A DNA stretch of 63,951 nt, filler included, from an uncultured Methanoregulaceae archaeon (GCA_964530035.1; 5 parts of 5 records of this genome joined end to end with filler, not necessarily neighbours in it), one strand, 5' to 3'. Shown: positions 11,821 through 26,589, counted from the first letter of the whole stretch. The notes: generated by a model not told the origin, from the sequence alone. Made by a program: numbers and translations.

Positions 11821-13644
11821 ATGCTTCAGGGGAAGTGTCTGGTAATCCTGTTCCTGCTGATATTTTTAACAATACCCTCGTTTACAGGCTCTGAATGTAC
11901 AACGTGCTCAAAAAACTGGATCTCAGCGAACGTTGTTTCAGTAACGGTTGATGCCCTTGACCTCCAGAACCAGTATGTGAAAATTACCAACAACGGACCT
12001 TACGTAGTAAGTCTGAACGTCTGGTCCCTGAAGAACCAGGACTCTTCAATAAAGTTTGTTTTTCCCCATTTCCTCCTGAACGGGGGTTCAAGCGTCCTGG
12101 TTTTCGCAGGGAATGGGATTGATAGCAACACGGTCCTTTATACCCATAACATGTTCGATGTCTGGAACACCAATGGTGATACGGCGTATTTGTATGATTC
12201 CCAGGGCAACTTGGTTTCACAGAGATACCAGGGAGCGATCCCAACACCGACTCCTACGCCAGCTCCGACGCTCAACCCTGAAAAGAACCTTGTTGCTTAT
12301 TATTCATTTGATGATGGGACTGCAAGGGATGATTCTGGAAATTCTCATGACGGAAGCATTATTGGAGCAACAGAAATAACAGGCGTTCGTGGGAAAGCGT
12401 TATTTTTTGATGGAAAAAATGATTACATAAAGTTACCTTTGATCTTTTCTGCTGATCCCGGTCAAGTCACGGTAATGGCATTCATAAAGACAAAAAGTGA
12501 GAGCCCAACTCGACAATATTCGTTCTACAATGGCAATTATGAATTTGGATTAGCTGATTCAAATTTTGGATTGAATGGTGTGTGTGTAAAACTAAATCAA
12601 GAAAAGTATACCAACATTTGGCACTGTGCTGGAGGAACAATTACTGCGGATGGAATAACTTGGACCCATGAAGTGGGTGTTATTGATACAATTAACCATA
12701 GAATCCAATATTATCAAAATGGAGCTTTAATAGATTCACAAATCCTTCCAGATGATTCTTTTGCCAGACCTTATTCAACGAACTGTGTCAGTATCGGGGC
12801 ATATACATCAGAAGGTTCACTTGGGAAGAAAGATTTCTTTGCAGGGGGGATTGATGAGGTAAGAATTTATAATCGAGTACTTTCCGATGAGGAAATTCAC
12901 GCCATTTATAAAAGTTATATCCCTAATCCAACCCCTACACCTACAAAAAAACCAACAACTCCCACCACAACAACGCCGATTCCTACAACGAAAGTACCCA
13001 CCATTACAGCTCAACCAACATCGAGCGGATTGAAAGCAGCCTTTTCTGCAAGTCCACAGACAGGTTCATTCCCCCTTGAAGTCAGGTTCTCCGACCAATC
13101 AACCGGCAACCCGCACACCTGGACCTGGAACTTCGGTGATGGATCGTACTCAAATGAGGAAGCCCCGGTTCATCTCTATGGTGATGTGGGAACCTACACC
13201 GTCAACCTGAAGGTTACAGGGAACGGAGGGAGTAGCTCTTCAGAAAAACCGGAATATATTGTTGTCACCGACCCATCAAGCCCTCCGCCCATTGTACCCA
13301 CGACCGTGCCAACGACTCCAATAACCGCCATTCCGACGATTGTACCTACACCTACCGCCATTGCACATCCCACAATTATTCCAACCCCAACGACTGGGAA
13401 ATTGGTTGCGGATTTCTCAAGTAATGTGAGATCAGGAAATCCACCCCTACAGGTCTCATTTTATGACAAGTCCTCGGGACAGCCTGACAAATGGTTCTGG
13501 TCATTTGGAGATGGATCGTACTCCGAGGAACAAAACCCGGTCCATAGCTATGCCGATCAGATGACCTATCTGGTCAGTCTTGAAGTCAAAAAGCAAGGAT
13601 TGGTAAGTTTAATTGCAAAAGAAAACTGGATAACCATCATATAG
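11821..13644 (+). CDS. Secreted protein: lamin-tail domain + LamG-like jellyroll + two PKD domains
   Basis: Signal peptide; QYVKITNNG..WNTNGDTAYLYD (LTD); LVAYYSFDDG..FDGKNDYI..GGIDEVRIYNRVLS (LamG); two F.D.S...W.W.FGDG PKD repeats; PT linkers. Confidence 0.88.
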   Translation: MLQGKCLVILFLLIFLTIPSFTGSECTTCSKNWISANVVSVTVDALDLQNQYVKITNNGPYVVSLNVWSLKNQDSSIKFVFPHFLLNGGSSVLVFAGNGIDSNTVLYTHNMFDVWNTNGDTAYLYDSQGNLVSQRYQGAIPTPTPTPAPTLNPEKNLVAYYSFDDGTARDDSGNSHDGSIIGATEITGVRGKALFFDGKNDYIKLPLIFSADPGQVTVMAFIKTKSESPTRQYSFYNGNYEFGLADSNFGLNGVCVKLNQEKYTNIWHCAGGTITADGITWTHEVGVIDTINHRIQYYQNGALIDSQILPDDSFARPYSTNCVSIGAYTSEGSLGKKDFFAGGIDEVRIYNRVLSDEEIHAIYKSYIPNPTPTPTKKPTTPTTTTPIPTTKVPTITAQPTSSGLKAAFSASPQTGSFPLEVRFSDQSTGNPHTWTWNFGDGSYSNEEAPVHLYGDVGTYTVNLKVTGNGGSSSSEKPEYIVVTDPSSPPPIVPTTVPTTPITAIPTIVPTPTAIAHPTIIPTPTTGKLVADFSSNVRSGNPPLQVSFYDKSSGQPDKWFWSFGDGSYSEEQNPVHSYADQMTYLVSLEVKKQGLVSLIAKENWITII

Positions 13645-13745
13645 AAGCCTCATATGAATTGAAAACACTAAAATGAGCTATTATCGAGCAAAGCATTTAA
13701 AGAAGAATATCGGAAGGTGCCGTTTCAAGGTCACTGGAATACCGA

Positions 13746-14486
13746 ATGGATGATACTTCTGATTTTGAAACAGGAAAGAACCTTTTTTTTGAGGGCCGAT
13801 ATCGAGAAGCCGAGGTTTTTTTCAATCTGGTTCTTGAACAGGACTTAAATGATTCTGACAAATCTGATGTTCTGAACGCTTTGGGAGCGGTTTTTTTCAA
13901 ACAACAGAATTTGGAAAAAGCATTAGACTGTTTTAATCATGCTCTTATTCTTCGACCGGATAATAAAAAATCCTATGAAAATAAACACAAATTGCTTTTA
14001 AAATACCAAAAACATCTTGAAAAGGACTTAAATGATTCTGACAAATATGAGATATCATTTGGTAAAATCATAGAAACCACGGAAAAAGATCACCAAATTC
14101 TTCAAAACAAAAAAACCTGTAATTTTTGTGGGATTGCCGCTTCCCAGGATTCATGGCTGCTATTTCGATGCAATTATTGTGGGGGACATTATTGTGCAGA
14201 TCATAGATTGCCACCGTATCACGGTTGTGCAAAAATCGAACACTGGAAAGCACGACCTCCACCTGGATTGAACATCCGATATCAACAAAATGGCGCCGTT
14301 TTATCAACGGGTGGTGTGAGTGAACATCAAGATTTTTCTGGTAGTGATGAGTCCCGGTTTCATCAGTATTACGTCCCAAATCACTATCCCAATGAAAAAT
14401 ACGAAGATAAATCAAGAGAGGGGTTATATATCGCCCTAATAATTGTCATCGTACTGGTGGCTGCTTTCCTTTTTCAGGTGATGTAA
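13746..14486 (+). CDS. TPR + AN1-type zinc finger + C-terminal transmembrane protein
   Basis: TPR-like VLNALGAVF..A..CF..AL...P; CNFC..FRCNYCGGHYCADHRLP..HGC AN1 motif; terminal hydrophobic helix; AT-rich. Confidence 0.8.
   Translation: MDDTSDFETGKNLFFEGRYREAEVFFNLVLEQDLNDSDKSDVLNALGAVFFKQQNLEKALDCFNHALILRPDNKKSYENKHKLLLKYQKHLEKDLNDSDKYEISFGKIIETTEKDHQILQNKKTCNFCGIAASQDSWLLFRCNYCGGHYCADHRLPPYHGCAKIEHWKARPPPGLNIRYQQNGAVLSTGGVSEHQDFSGSDESRFHQYYVPNHYPNEKYEDKSREGLYIALIIVIVLVAAFLFQVM
13832..14050 (+). repeat. 36-bp direct repeat pair inside the TPR/AN1 gene (13832-13867 and 14015-14050)
   Basis: TCTTGAAcAGGACTTAAATGATTCTGACAAATcTGA versus TCTTGAAaAGGACTTAAATGATTCTGACAAATaTGA; 2 mismatches, 183 bp apart. 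Confidence 0.85.
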
Positions 14487-14687
14487 TTTGACTTTCACAC
14501 CAATTTTTATTGAACGGCAAAGACCAGGTTAGACTTCATTCAGTGGCACTCCTGATTCAGCAATAGTCACTCATCGGGGTCCCCGACATGATGAAGAGTC
14601 ACAGTCCCTGATCACACCTTTCGTCAGACAGGATCCATTAGGCAACCTTTTTCATCATCCCAGTTAAGGCAGAAACCAGGTGTGCAT

Positions 14688-14983
14688 ATGGAATGGACAC
14701 GGATCGAAGTCCCTACCAGGACACGGGCCCAGATGATAGACATCACCGACCTTGTTGCCGCTGAACTGCAGAAAACAGGCATGAATAACGGTACCTGCTC
14801 CGTGTACATGCCCCATACGACGGCCGGCCTGACCATCAATGAAAACGCCGACCCGGACGTCACCCGTGATATCCTCGCCGGCCTCGCCCGCCTGGTCCCG
14901 ACAGCAGGGGATTACCGGCATGCCGAGGGGAACTCGGACGCCCACATCAAGGCGTCCCTCATGGGGTTTTCCCTGAGAGTACC
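14688..14983 (+). CDS. YjbQ/UPF0047 family protein (truncated at contig end)
   Basis: HTTAGLTINENADPDV..D and HAEGNSDAHIKASL signatures. Confidence 0.9.
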
Positions 14984-15083
14984 NNNNNNNNNNNNNNNNN
15001 NNNNNNNNNNNNNNNNNNNNNNNNNNNTTAATTAATTAANNNNNNNNNNNNNNNNNNNNNNNNNNNNNNNNNNNNNNNNNNNN
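14984..15083. other. Artificial contig-joining linker
   Basis: 44 N + TTAATTAATTAA (stops in six frames) + 44 N. Confidence 0.97.
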
Positions 15084-15321
15084 GAACAGGTCGGGGGTGC
15101 GGCATGCCATACAGGTCACCGGAGCTGTTTCTACCGGACGATAACGGGCGACACCATTGCAGAAAGGATATTCGATCCCGCATTGGTTTATTCTCGAAAA
15201 TAGTGAAGACCTGTAAAAAAAGTAAGTGAAAAGATCCCCTTTTTTGTACGGCTGCAGCTAGTGGGGCACCCTGCCGGTTAGCTAATAAAGGGAGATGACC
15301 AGTATATATAGGTGATATTTT

Positions 15322-17256
15322 TTGAAACTGGTCCCTGATACAAGTGTTGTCATCGACGGGCGCATCACCTCGATGATCCAAAAGGGCGAATATACTGGTG
15401 CTACAATAATTATACCCGAAGCGGTGGTTGCTGAACTCGAGTCACAGGCAAACCAGGGAAGGGAAATCGGTTTTTCCGGGCTGACAGAACTCCAGGCTCT
15501 TTGCAGGCTGGCCGAGGAAGGGACGATCAAACTCGATTTCGTTGGCGATCGTCCGACACTGGAACAGGTCAAACTGGCAAGCGGAGGCGAGATAGATTCC
15601 CTCATCCGCAAGGTGGCCATCGACCATGAGGCACAGTTCATCACGAGCGATATCGTGCAGTCTGAGGTTGCACGCGCAAAGGGACTTGATGTAATCTACT
15701 TGAAACCGCAGGTAGAGGACTTTACACCCCTTGGAATAGACCAGTTCTTCGATGAACACACCATCGCGGTCTACCTGAAGGAACGGGTGCCGCCGTCGGC
15801 CAAAAAAGGTACGATCAGCGACATGAAACTGGTCAGGATCCGGGAACAGCCCGCGAGCGAGTATGAGATCCGTTCGCTGGCTCAGGAGATCCTTGAGCGG
15901 GCAAAACGAAACCCCGATGGATTCATAGAGGTCGAGCGAAGAGGAGTAACCGTCGTACAGATAGGGTCAATGAGGATCGCCATTACCAGAAGACCGTTTT
16001 CAGATGGAATGGAGATTACCGCGGTCCGTCCGATAGTGGACCTTAAACTGGAGTCGTTTGAAAAAGCAGACCTTATCAGAAAGAAGCTTACCGGGACAAG
16101 GCGGGGGGTCCTTATAGCAGGACCACCTGGGTCGGGTAAAACAACCCTCGCCCAGAGCATCGCGACCTTCCTCCACGAACAAGGGCAGATCGTCAAGACG
16201 ATGGAAGCTCCCCGGGAACTGCAGGTACCTGACCAGATCACCCAGTACACCATGCTTGACGGGAGCATGTCAAATACAGCGGATGTCCTGCTCCTGGTTC
16301 GGCCTGATTACGTCATTTTTGATGAATTGAGGCGGAATGAAGACTTCAAGGTCTTTGCCGACATGAGGCTTGCCGGAATGGCCATGGTGGGGGTAATGCA
16401 CGCAATCGAGCCTCAGGACGCCTTACAAAGGTTTTCCGACCGGGTCGACTTCGGCGTCCTTGCCCAGGTTTTTAACACGATGGTTTTCATGGACCATGGG
16501 GAGATTACAGGCATCTTCGATATCAGTTCCAGGATTAAGGTTCCTGAAGGAATGAACGGGGACATGCATATACGGCCTGTTGTCACGGTAAAGAACACGG
16601 AAACCGGGGTCGTCGTATGCGAAGCGTTCAAATTTGGGGCTGAAACGTTTGTAATGCCTATTTTCGAACCGGATGAGATGAGGACCCCGGATACTCCGAC
16701 CAGGGCACCAGCATACCCGGGTGAAAGGGAAACCCCTGCCCAGGCTGCAGAACCGCAGAAAGCAGTCACCGAGAATACCGGATGGAGAGTCATCGAAAAG
16801 GAAATTCAACGTGAAATAAGCCGATACTCAAACGGACCGGTAGAAGTCCAGATGATGAGTGATTCCAAAGCGGTTGTATACATCGATGATAAGGACGTCC
16901 CGGCGGCAATTGGCAAAGGTGGCAAAAATATCGCGGCAATCGTCAATAAAGTAGGAGTCGGCATCGATATCCGTCCGAACAGCGAGAAGGAAAGCCAGCC
17001 TTCCGTCCCGAACGGTGGTGAAGAGGAACTGCAGCTCGCCGGAGGGGTCCGCATCAGGATGGATAAGAAACAGCTTGCAATCATATCTCCGGACCACAGC
17101 GGAAGGATTGTGGACGTTTTTGCCGGCAAGGAGTACCTGTTTACCGCTACGGTCAATGACAACGGTGAGATACTGCTTGCCAAGAACAGCAGCATCGCCC
17201 AGGAGATGCTGAAGCGTTACAATGAGGGGGGCGCCATCCGCCTCAAGGCGGTCTGA
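15322..17256 (+). CDS. PIN-domain ATPase with KH domain (PINA/MJ1533 family)
   Basis: VPDTSVVIDG PIN domain, GPPGSGKTT Walker A, LLVRPDY..FDE.R, FADMRLAG, KH motif AIGKGGKNI; TTG start. Confidence 0.9.
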   Translation: MKLVPDTSVVIDGRITSMIQKGEYTGATIIIPEAVVAELESQANQGREIGFSGLTELQALCRLAEEGTIKLDFVGDRPTLEQVKLASGGEIDSLIRKVAIDHEAQFITSDIVQSEVARAKGLDVIYLKPQVEDFTPLGIDQFFDEHTIAVYLKERVPPSAKKGTISDMKLVRIREQPASEYEIRSLAQEILERAKRNPDGFIEVERRGVTVVQIGSMRIAITRRPFSDGMEITAVRPIVDLKLESFEKADLIRKKLTGTRRGVLIAGPPGSGKTTLAQSIATFLHEQGQIVKTMEAPRELQVPDQITQYTMLDGSMSNTADVLLLVRPDYVIFDELRRNEDFKVFADMRLAGMAMVGVMHAIEPQDALQRFSDRVDFGVLAQVFNTMVFMDHGEITGIFDISSRIKVPEGMNGDMHIRPVVTVKNTETGVVVCEAFKFGAETFVMPIFEPDEMRTPDTPTRAPAYPGERETPAQAAEPQKAVTENTGWRVIEKEIQREISRYSNGPVEVQMMSDSKAVVYIDDKDVPAAIGKGGKNIAAIVNKVGVGIDIRPNSEKESQPSVPNGGEEELQLAGGVRIRMDKKQLAIISPDHSGRIVDVFAGKEYLFTATVNDNGEILLAKNSSIAQEMLKRYNEGGAIRLKAV

Positions 17257-17289
17257 TATCTGCAGCTGATGTCTTTTGGAGAGTGGCGA

Positions 17290-20067
17290 ATGAGTGAAAA
17301 AACCCTTGAAGAAACCGAACGGCTTGTATCGGCCCGCTGGGACAAGGCATTCGAGTCGAACCCGGGAACGAAGGAAAAATTCTATGTAACCGTTGCCTAT
17401 CCCTATCCAAGCGGAGCGATGCATGTTGGTCACGGCAGGACTTATATTGCTCCGGATGTCATTGCACGGTTCTACAGGATGCTGGGAAGAGAGGTCCTGT
17501 ACCCGATGGCTTTCCATGTCACGGGGGCTCCGGTCATAGGGATTTCAAAACGGATAGCCCGTGGAGACGAAAAAGCGATATACCTCTACCGTGACCTTTA
17601 CAAGGTCCCACCGGACGTTCTCGCACGGTTTGTTGACCCTCTGGAGATTGTGCGCCATTTTTCATCAGAATATGAAAGGGTTATGCGACAGTGCGGTCTC
17701 TCCATAGACTGGAGGAGAAGGTTCACCACCGTCGATCCCACATACAGCAAATTTATCGAGTGGCAGTGGAAGCACCTTATGGAAGGGGGGCATGTCGTGA
17801 AGGGGGCCCACCCCGTGAGGTATTGCCCGCAGTGCGAGAATCCCGTGGGTGATCATGACCTCCTTGAGGGGGATAAGGCGGAGATCTTCAGGTTTACCCT
17901 TGTCATCTTCACAATTGACGGTGTCAGGGTCCCGACGGCAACCCTCCGTCCGGAAACGGTTTACGGGGTTACGAACCTCTGGGTCAATCCTGGTACGATC
18001 TATGTCAGGGCCAGGATTGATGGCCAGTCTTATTATGTGAGCCACGAAGCGGCAGACAAGCTTGCCCTCCAGGACCATGAGGTAATAATCGAAGGGAACA
18101 TCCCCGGCACGGATCTCATTGGAAAAACAGCACATCACCCCTTGTGTGGCGATGTTCCGGTCCTACCCGCCAGCTTCGTGGACCCGGACATGGCATCAGG
18201 GATTGTCATGTCTGTTCCCGCACATGCACCGTACGACTTCGTAGCTCTCCGGGACCTCCAGAGAACAGGAAAATATTCGGAGATTACTCCCGTAAGCCTC
18301 ATCAAGGTCAGGGGATATGGCGAATTCCCTGCGAGGGACGCGGTGGAACGAGCTGACATCAAGGACCAGCTTGACCCCAGGATGGATGATGTCACCCAGG
18401 AAGTGTATTCCGCAGAATTCGCAACCGGAAAGCTTCATGCCAGGTATGGCGGATTGAGCGTCAGGGAGGCGCGAGACGAGGTGGCTGACCTCCTTACCCG
18501 GGACTACCATTCGTTCCCGATGTTTGAGTTCGACACCCGTTCGGTTGTCTGTCGTTGCGGAAACCGTGTATTCGTCAAGATCCTTCATGACCAGTGGTTC
18601 CTGACATATAGTGACCCTGAATGGAAAAAACAGGTTGCAGACCAGATAGAACGAATGGAACTTGTCCCTCCCGAGGTCAGGACAGAATTTGTACGGACCG
18701 TGGACTGGCTCAAGGACTGGGCATGTACTCGTCGCATAGGGCTTGGAACACTCCTTCCCTGGGATAAGAACTGGCTGGTCGAGCCACTCTCGGACTCGAC
18801 GATCTACATGTCGTACTATACCGTTGCCCACCGTATACGGGACATGGACCCGGCCAGCCTCACCCCCGAGGTCTTTGACTATCTTTTCCTTGGAAAGGAT
18901 TCGACCGGGCTCCCCAATAAAAATGCACTGGAGGCGATGCGCAATGAGTTCCTGTATTGGTATCCGTACGACTTCCGGTTTTCAGCAAAGGACCTCATCT
19001 CAAACCACCTGACATTCCAGATCTTTCACCACGTGGCGATATTCCCGAAAGAACTCCTGCCCAAAGGCATGGTCGTATTTGGCATGGGTCTCCTGAACGG
19101 TGCCAAGATGTCCTCTTCGAAGGGAAATGTATTCCTCCTTGAGGATGCACTCAGGGATTTCGGAGCGGATACCGTGAGGATGTTCCTGGTTGGATCAGCC
19201 GAGCCGTGGCAGGATTTCGACTGGCGCAATGAACTGGTGGCGTCAATCAAGAAACAGATTGAGCGCTTCACCGCAACCATCCGGGAATGTGAAAAGGCAT
19301 CAGATGAACGGACACCGATAGACTCATGGCTGATGAGCCGGCTCCAGCACAGGATCAGGGATGCAACCGGGGCATTAAAGAATTTCCAGACCCGCCAGGC
19401 ACTCCAGGAGGCCTTCTTTGGTATCGAGAGCGACCTCAGGTGGTACCGGAGGCGCCAGGGAGATTCCGTTTCCGGGCCGGCATTAAAAGAGGTCGCATCG
19501 GTCTGGATCAGACTCATGGCTCCATTTATCCCGTTCATTTGTGAAACTCTCTGGCACGAGAGGGGAGAAAACGGCCTGGTCTCCTTTGCCCCATGGCCGG
19601 CTCCTGAAGAATTCCATCTCTCCCCTGAACTTGAACTCTCTGAGGAACTCCTGGAAAGGACAGTCGAGGATATCGAATCGATCATGCGGCTTATCCAGAT
19701 GAAACCATCGGGCATCACCATTTGCACCGCACCGGCATGGAAACACCAGGTTTTCGCACGGATTGCCTCGTCACCGGATAGAACCGAAGCCATTAAATCG
19801 GTCATGGAGGATCAGGGCCTGAGGAGCCGGGGAAAGGAGGCTGCGGATGCGGCAAAACAATGCACCTCGCTCATTCACAGGCTCCCGCCACAGATTGTAT
19901 CAATGGAAGCAGATCATCCGGTTGATGAAACAGCCCTGTTCTTCTCTGCAAAGGTATTTTTAGAAAACGAGTTTGGTGTGGCCATCAGGATCGTGGATTC
20001 GGACGCCTGCCAACACCAGAAAGCCGGTATGGCACTGCCGTTTAAACCCGCCATCATCATTGAATAA
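17290..20067 (+). CDS. leuS: Leucine--tRNA ligase (archaeal type)
   Basis: [13 protein letters not shown] (HIGH), KMSSSKGN (KMSKS), ATLRPET and VPAHAPYD editing-domain motifs. Confidence 0.95.
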   Translation: MSEKTLEETERLVSARWDKAFESNPGTKEKFYVTVAYPYPSGAMHVGHGRTYIAPDVIARFYRMLGREVLYPMAFHVTGAPVIGISKRIARGDEKAIYLYRDLYKVPPDVLARFVDPLEIVRHFSSEYERVMRQCGLSIDWRRRFTTVDPTYSKFIEWQWKHLMEGGHVVKGAHPVRYCPQCENPVGDHDLLEGDKAEIFRFTLVIFTIDGVRVPTATLRPETVYGVTNLWVNPGTIYVRARIDGQSYYVSHEAADKLALQDHEVIIEGNIPGTDLIGKTAHHPLCGDVPVLPASFVDPDMASGIVMSVPAHAPYDFVALRDLQRTGKYSEITPVSLIKVRGYGEFPARDAVERADIKDQLDPRMDDVTQEVYSAEFATGKLHARYGGLSVREARDEVADLLTRDYHSFPMFEFDTRSVVCRCGNRVFVKILHDQWFLTYSDPEWKKQVADQIERMELVPPEVRTEFVRTVDWLKDWACTRRIGLGTLLPWDKNWLVEPLSDSTIYMSYYTVAHRIRDMDPASLTPEVFDYLFLGKDSTGLPNKNALEAMRNEFLYWYPYDFRFSAKDLISNHLTFQIFHHVAIFPKELLPKGMVVFGMGLLNGAKMSSSKGNVFLLEDALRDFGADTVRMFLVGSAEPWQDFDWRNELVASIKKQIERFTATIRECEKASDERTPIDSWLMSRLQHRIRDATGALKNFQTRQALQEAFFGIESDLRWYRRRQGDSVSGPALKEVASVWIRLMAPFIPFICETLWHERGENGLVSFAPWPAPEEFHLSPELELSEELLERTVEDIESIMRLIQMKPSGITICTAPAWKHQVFARIASSPDRTEAIKSVMEDQGLRSRGKEAADAAKQCTSLIHRLPPQIVSMEADHPVDETALFFSAKVFLENEFGVAIRIVDSDACQHQKAGMALPFKPAIIIE

Positions 20068-20220
20068 ATGAGCCCGGGAAACCATCCGGCATCCCATCTT
20101 CCCCTGACCATCATCCTACCGGTTATAACAGGAAACCGGATATCCCTCCTCTGCCAGGAGGATGGGGAAGGGGATTTTGTGACCAGAAAAGGATCCGCAC
20201 TCTGAATTGGATCTGTGATT

Positions 20221-20538
20221 TTAATCTTCTGCAGCTTTTTTTGCGAGTTTAACCCGTTCCTTTGTGGTATATCCGGTAACCAGGTCAAGGTACCGCCTGA
20301 AGCATCTGTTGGTATCAAGGATGTCCTCGTCGGAAACTGATGTATCGGATACGGTATCAACAACGATACTCTTTTTATCCGGGCCCAGGGAGATGTCAAG
20401 CATCTTCAGGGCCTTGTACCTGATCCTGGCATGACCGTTCTCAACCGCCGGGGCGATCCCGAAACACGTTTCTATTCCGTTTATATACTGTTCGGATAAC
20501 GTCTTTTGAACCGTCCGCTTGACGGGATAAACCTGCAT
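20221..20538 (-). CDS. Conserved archaeal hypothetical protein (DUF5611-like)
   Basis: MQ.YPVKR N-terminus and TGYTTKERVK C-terminal motif. Confidence 0.65.
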   Translation of the reverse strand: MQVYPVKRTVQKTLSEQYINGIETCFGIAPAVENGHARIRYKALKMLDISLGPDKKSIVVDTVSDTSVSDEDILDTNRCFRRYLDLVTGYTTKERVKLAKKAAED

Positions 20539-20572
20539 AACTATTTTAGTGTGATTCAGCTATCTTAAGGTA

Positions 20573-21313
20573 ATGTCATCCGAGCAGCCCGCCGATATCA
20601 ACATTTTTTCAAAGCCCCCGAGTTCTGAGGGCGCCTCGGTCCTCATGGGGTTCCCGGGAAGTGGCCTTGTCGGGAGTATCGCACTCCAGTATCTGGTTGA
20701 CCAGATGGAATTTAACCTGATTGGGGTTGTTACAAGCAAATACTTCCCGCCCCTTGCCATGATGAACAAGGGAGTCATCAATGTCCCGGTACGGATTTAT
20801 GAAAAGACCATAGAATCCCAGCTCATTGTCACCATCGTTGCTGATATCCCTATTCACCCGATGATCTGTTACGAGGTCGCAAACGGGCTCATGAACTGGC
20901 TCACGCCGTTTAATGTCAGGGAAGTCGTTGCAATAGCAGGGATTGTAACAAACGAGCCAGAAAAACGGGTTTTCGGGGTCTCAACCAGTGACGATGCCCT
21001 CGCACGTATCCAGGACCTCACCCTGATACTTCCGGTAGGTTCGATATCGGGAATTGCAAGCAGCATCCTCACCGAGTGCAAGATCAGGGGAGTCAATGCA
21101 TATGGCCTCCTCGGAGAGACCATTAATGCTCCTGACCCCCGAGCTTCAGCATCAGCCCTTGAGGTGCTTTCAAAGATGTATAATATCACCATCGATACCG
21201 CACCTCTGATCGAACAGGCTGAAGAGATCGAGTCTACAATGCAGAAACTTTCCGAACAGGTGCAGAGCGCTGAAACAATGCCCAAGAAAGAAGACCTCTC
21301 GATGTATGTGTGA
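20573..21313 (+). CDS. Proteasome assembly chaperone PAC2 family (PbaA/PbaB-like)
   Basis: GFPGSGLVGSIA, PVRIY, PDPRAS motifs; C-terminal HbYX-type tail MYV. Confidence 0.9.
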   Translation: MSSEQPADINIFSKPPSSEGASVLMGFPGSGLVGSIALQYLVDQMEFNLIGVVTSKYFPPLAMMNKGVINVPVRIYEKTIESQLIVTIVADIPIHPMICYEVANGLMNWLTPFNVREVVAIAGIVTNEPEKRVFGVSTSDDALARIQDLTLILPVGSISGIASSILTECKIRGVNAYGLLGETINAPDPRASASALEVLSKMYNITIDTAPLIEQAEEIESTMQKLSEQVQSAETMPKKEDLSMYV

Positions 21314-21318
21314 TCGCC

Positions 21319-21711
21319 ATGCACTGTCCTGCACTCACCGGAATATCCCCTGAAACCATCAGGGAACTCAAGTTCGGCAAAGCACGGACCCTCGAGCTCC
21401 AGAGTACGCATAATGTCATCACCGTGGGCGGGATCTCTCCGGGTTCCCATGTATTCCTGACTTTTGTCGACCTTGACGACCTGACCATCGGTGATCCCGG
21501 GATCATGGTCGAAATCTCGGCGATCAGCCTCACCATGAAACGAATCATCGAGTTTTCAGGAGGGAGCCATTTCGAGGAAAGGGAGCGCCTTTCAGCGAGG
21601 ATCAAGGTACGGTACTGCTGCAACTCTACTGTGAAAGGACTGGTCCAGAACGAGATGTTCAAACCGCTTCAGATCGATGTCGTAAAATGCGCCTGTTTCC
21701 ATGCGGGATGA
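21319..21711 (+). CDS. DUF473-like archaeal protein
   Basis: ALTGIS..I.EL...RTLELQSTHNV motif; downstream of PAC2. Confidence 0.7.
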   Translation: MHCPALTGISPETIRELKFGKARTLELQSTHNVITVGGISPGSHVFLTFVDLDDLTIGDPGIMVEISAISLTMKRIIEFSGGSHFEERERLSARIKVRYCCNSTVKGLVQNEMFKPLQIDVVKCACFHAG

Positions 21712-21812
21712 AAACCGCATACCACGTTCTTTTAAAGCCATGTGTTCCGATCAGTCCCTGACACGGCACTTATTATTCGATGGGCACTAACACTATATGC
21801 CTCATGAGTTAT

Positions 21813-21887
21813 GGGCTTGTGGCTTAGCTTGGATAGAGCGCCGGGCTTCTAACCCGGATGTCGGGGGTTCGAATCCCTCCAGGCCCG
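21813..21887 (+). tRNA. tRNA-Arg (anticodon TCT)
   Basis: Acceptor GGGCTTG/CAGGCCC, anticodon arm CCGGG-CT-TCT-AA-CCCGG, T-loop GGTTCGAATCC; no encoded CCA. Confidence 0.95.
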
Positions 21888-22051
21888 TTATCGTTTTCCT
21901 GAATTTTTAGGGAATTGGAATTCCCAATTAAATCAGGTTCGTCCCGGATGACGCTATTGCCATTCATGGCCACGAAGAAAAGCTTTGATAACCGTATACG
22001 CGGTATTTTTACGAACCCCAGGATGATGAAAAAAGGATATCCTGGTTTCTG

Positions 22052-22483
22052 TCAGTCCAGCAGGACATTGGAAATGTTGTGCTGCCGGAGGGCGAGGATC
22101 TTGGCCTTGCTGATGTTGCGCCCTTCCTTCCCTATTGCCAGACCCCGGTCGTCATCATTCACTTCGACATGCGCGACCTGGCTGCCATCCTCTGATTCAA
22201 ACGAGACCTTGCTCACCTGAGCGGGAAGCATACAGTTCTTTACGAACTGGGTGGGGTCCGGGGAGTACTCAACGACTTCAACCCGCTTTCCCAGGAGCTC
22301 GGATGCCTTCTTGATACTGGCACCTTTTTTACCGATAGCCAGCCCCATTTCGCCGGGGTTGATTAAAAAAATCACTCTTTCATTTTTTTCGTCGATCACG
22401 CAGTCACGGCTGCCAGCCCCGGTCAGCTTCTCGAACTGCGAAATAAGCCGCATGCATTCTTCGGTAAGCTTGATCTCGCCCAT
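22052..22483 (-). CDS. nusA: Archaeal NusA-like KH-domain transcription factor
   Basis: Two GLAIGKxG KH motifs; canonical position after rpl30e. Confidence 0.93.
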   Translation of the reverse strand: MGEIKLTEECMRLISQFEKLTGAGSRDCVIDEKNERVIFLINPGEMGLAIGKKGASIKKASELLGKRVEVVEYSPDPTQFVKNCMLPAQVSKVSFESEDGSQVAHVEVNDDDRGLAIGKEGRNISKAKILALRQHNISNVLLD

Positions 22484-22486
22484 CGC

Positions 22487-22777
22487 TCACGCCCTCTTGA
22501 GGCTTACGATATCGGACTCGCCGGGGTTGATCACCGCAAGTGCACTGACCATGAATGGTTTTCCGCATGCCTTTCCAAGCTGCATCGACGACCCTGGGAA
22601 TGTGTGGATATGGATACCTTCCTGCGCGGAGAGGTCATCCTTGATATCCACGGGGCAGTTCCCTGCAAGCACCACGAGCTGTGCCTTACCTGAAGCAATG
22701 GCGTCCTTCGTTACATTCGAGCCGAGGACAACCTCCCCGGTCTTGATAGCCCTTCTTAATGAAGTATTAAAATCCAT
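22487..22777 (-). CDS. rpl30e: 50S ribosomal protein L30e
   Basis: TG.V.LGS, LA.NCP, LGKACGKPF..SALAV..PGES. Confidence 0.95.
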   Translation of the reverse strand: MDFNTSLRRAIKTGEVVLGSNVTKDAIASGKAQLVVLAGNCPVDIKDDLSAQEGIHIHTFPGSSMQLGKACGKPFMVSALAVINPGESDIVSLKRA

Positions 22778-22787
22778 CTGAATCTCC

Positions 22788-26589
<3,802 letters not shown>

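Noticed and set aside
15028..15039. TTAATTAATTAA palindrome recurring every ~15 kb
   Set aside because: Always centred in N-runs; a six-frame-stop assembly linker, not a biological periodic motif
20088..20178. Imperfect hairpin between convergent leuS and the DUF5611-like gene
   Set aside because: Single copy and unrelated to the dispersed repeat; most simply a terminator-region structure
21813..21887. tRNA-Arg as integration site of a mobile element
   Set aside because: No duplicated tRNA 3' end or integrase nearby; flanked by core genes
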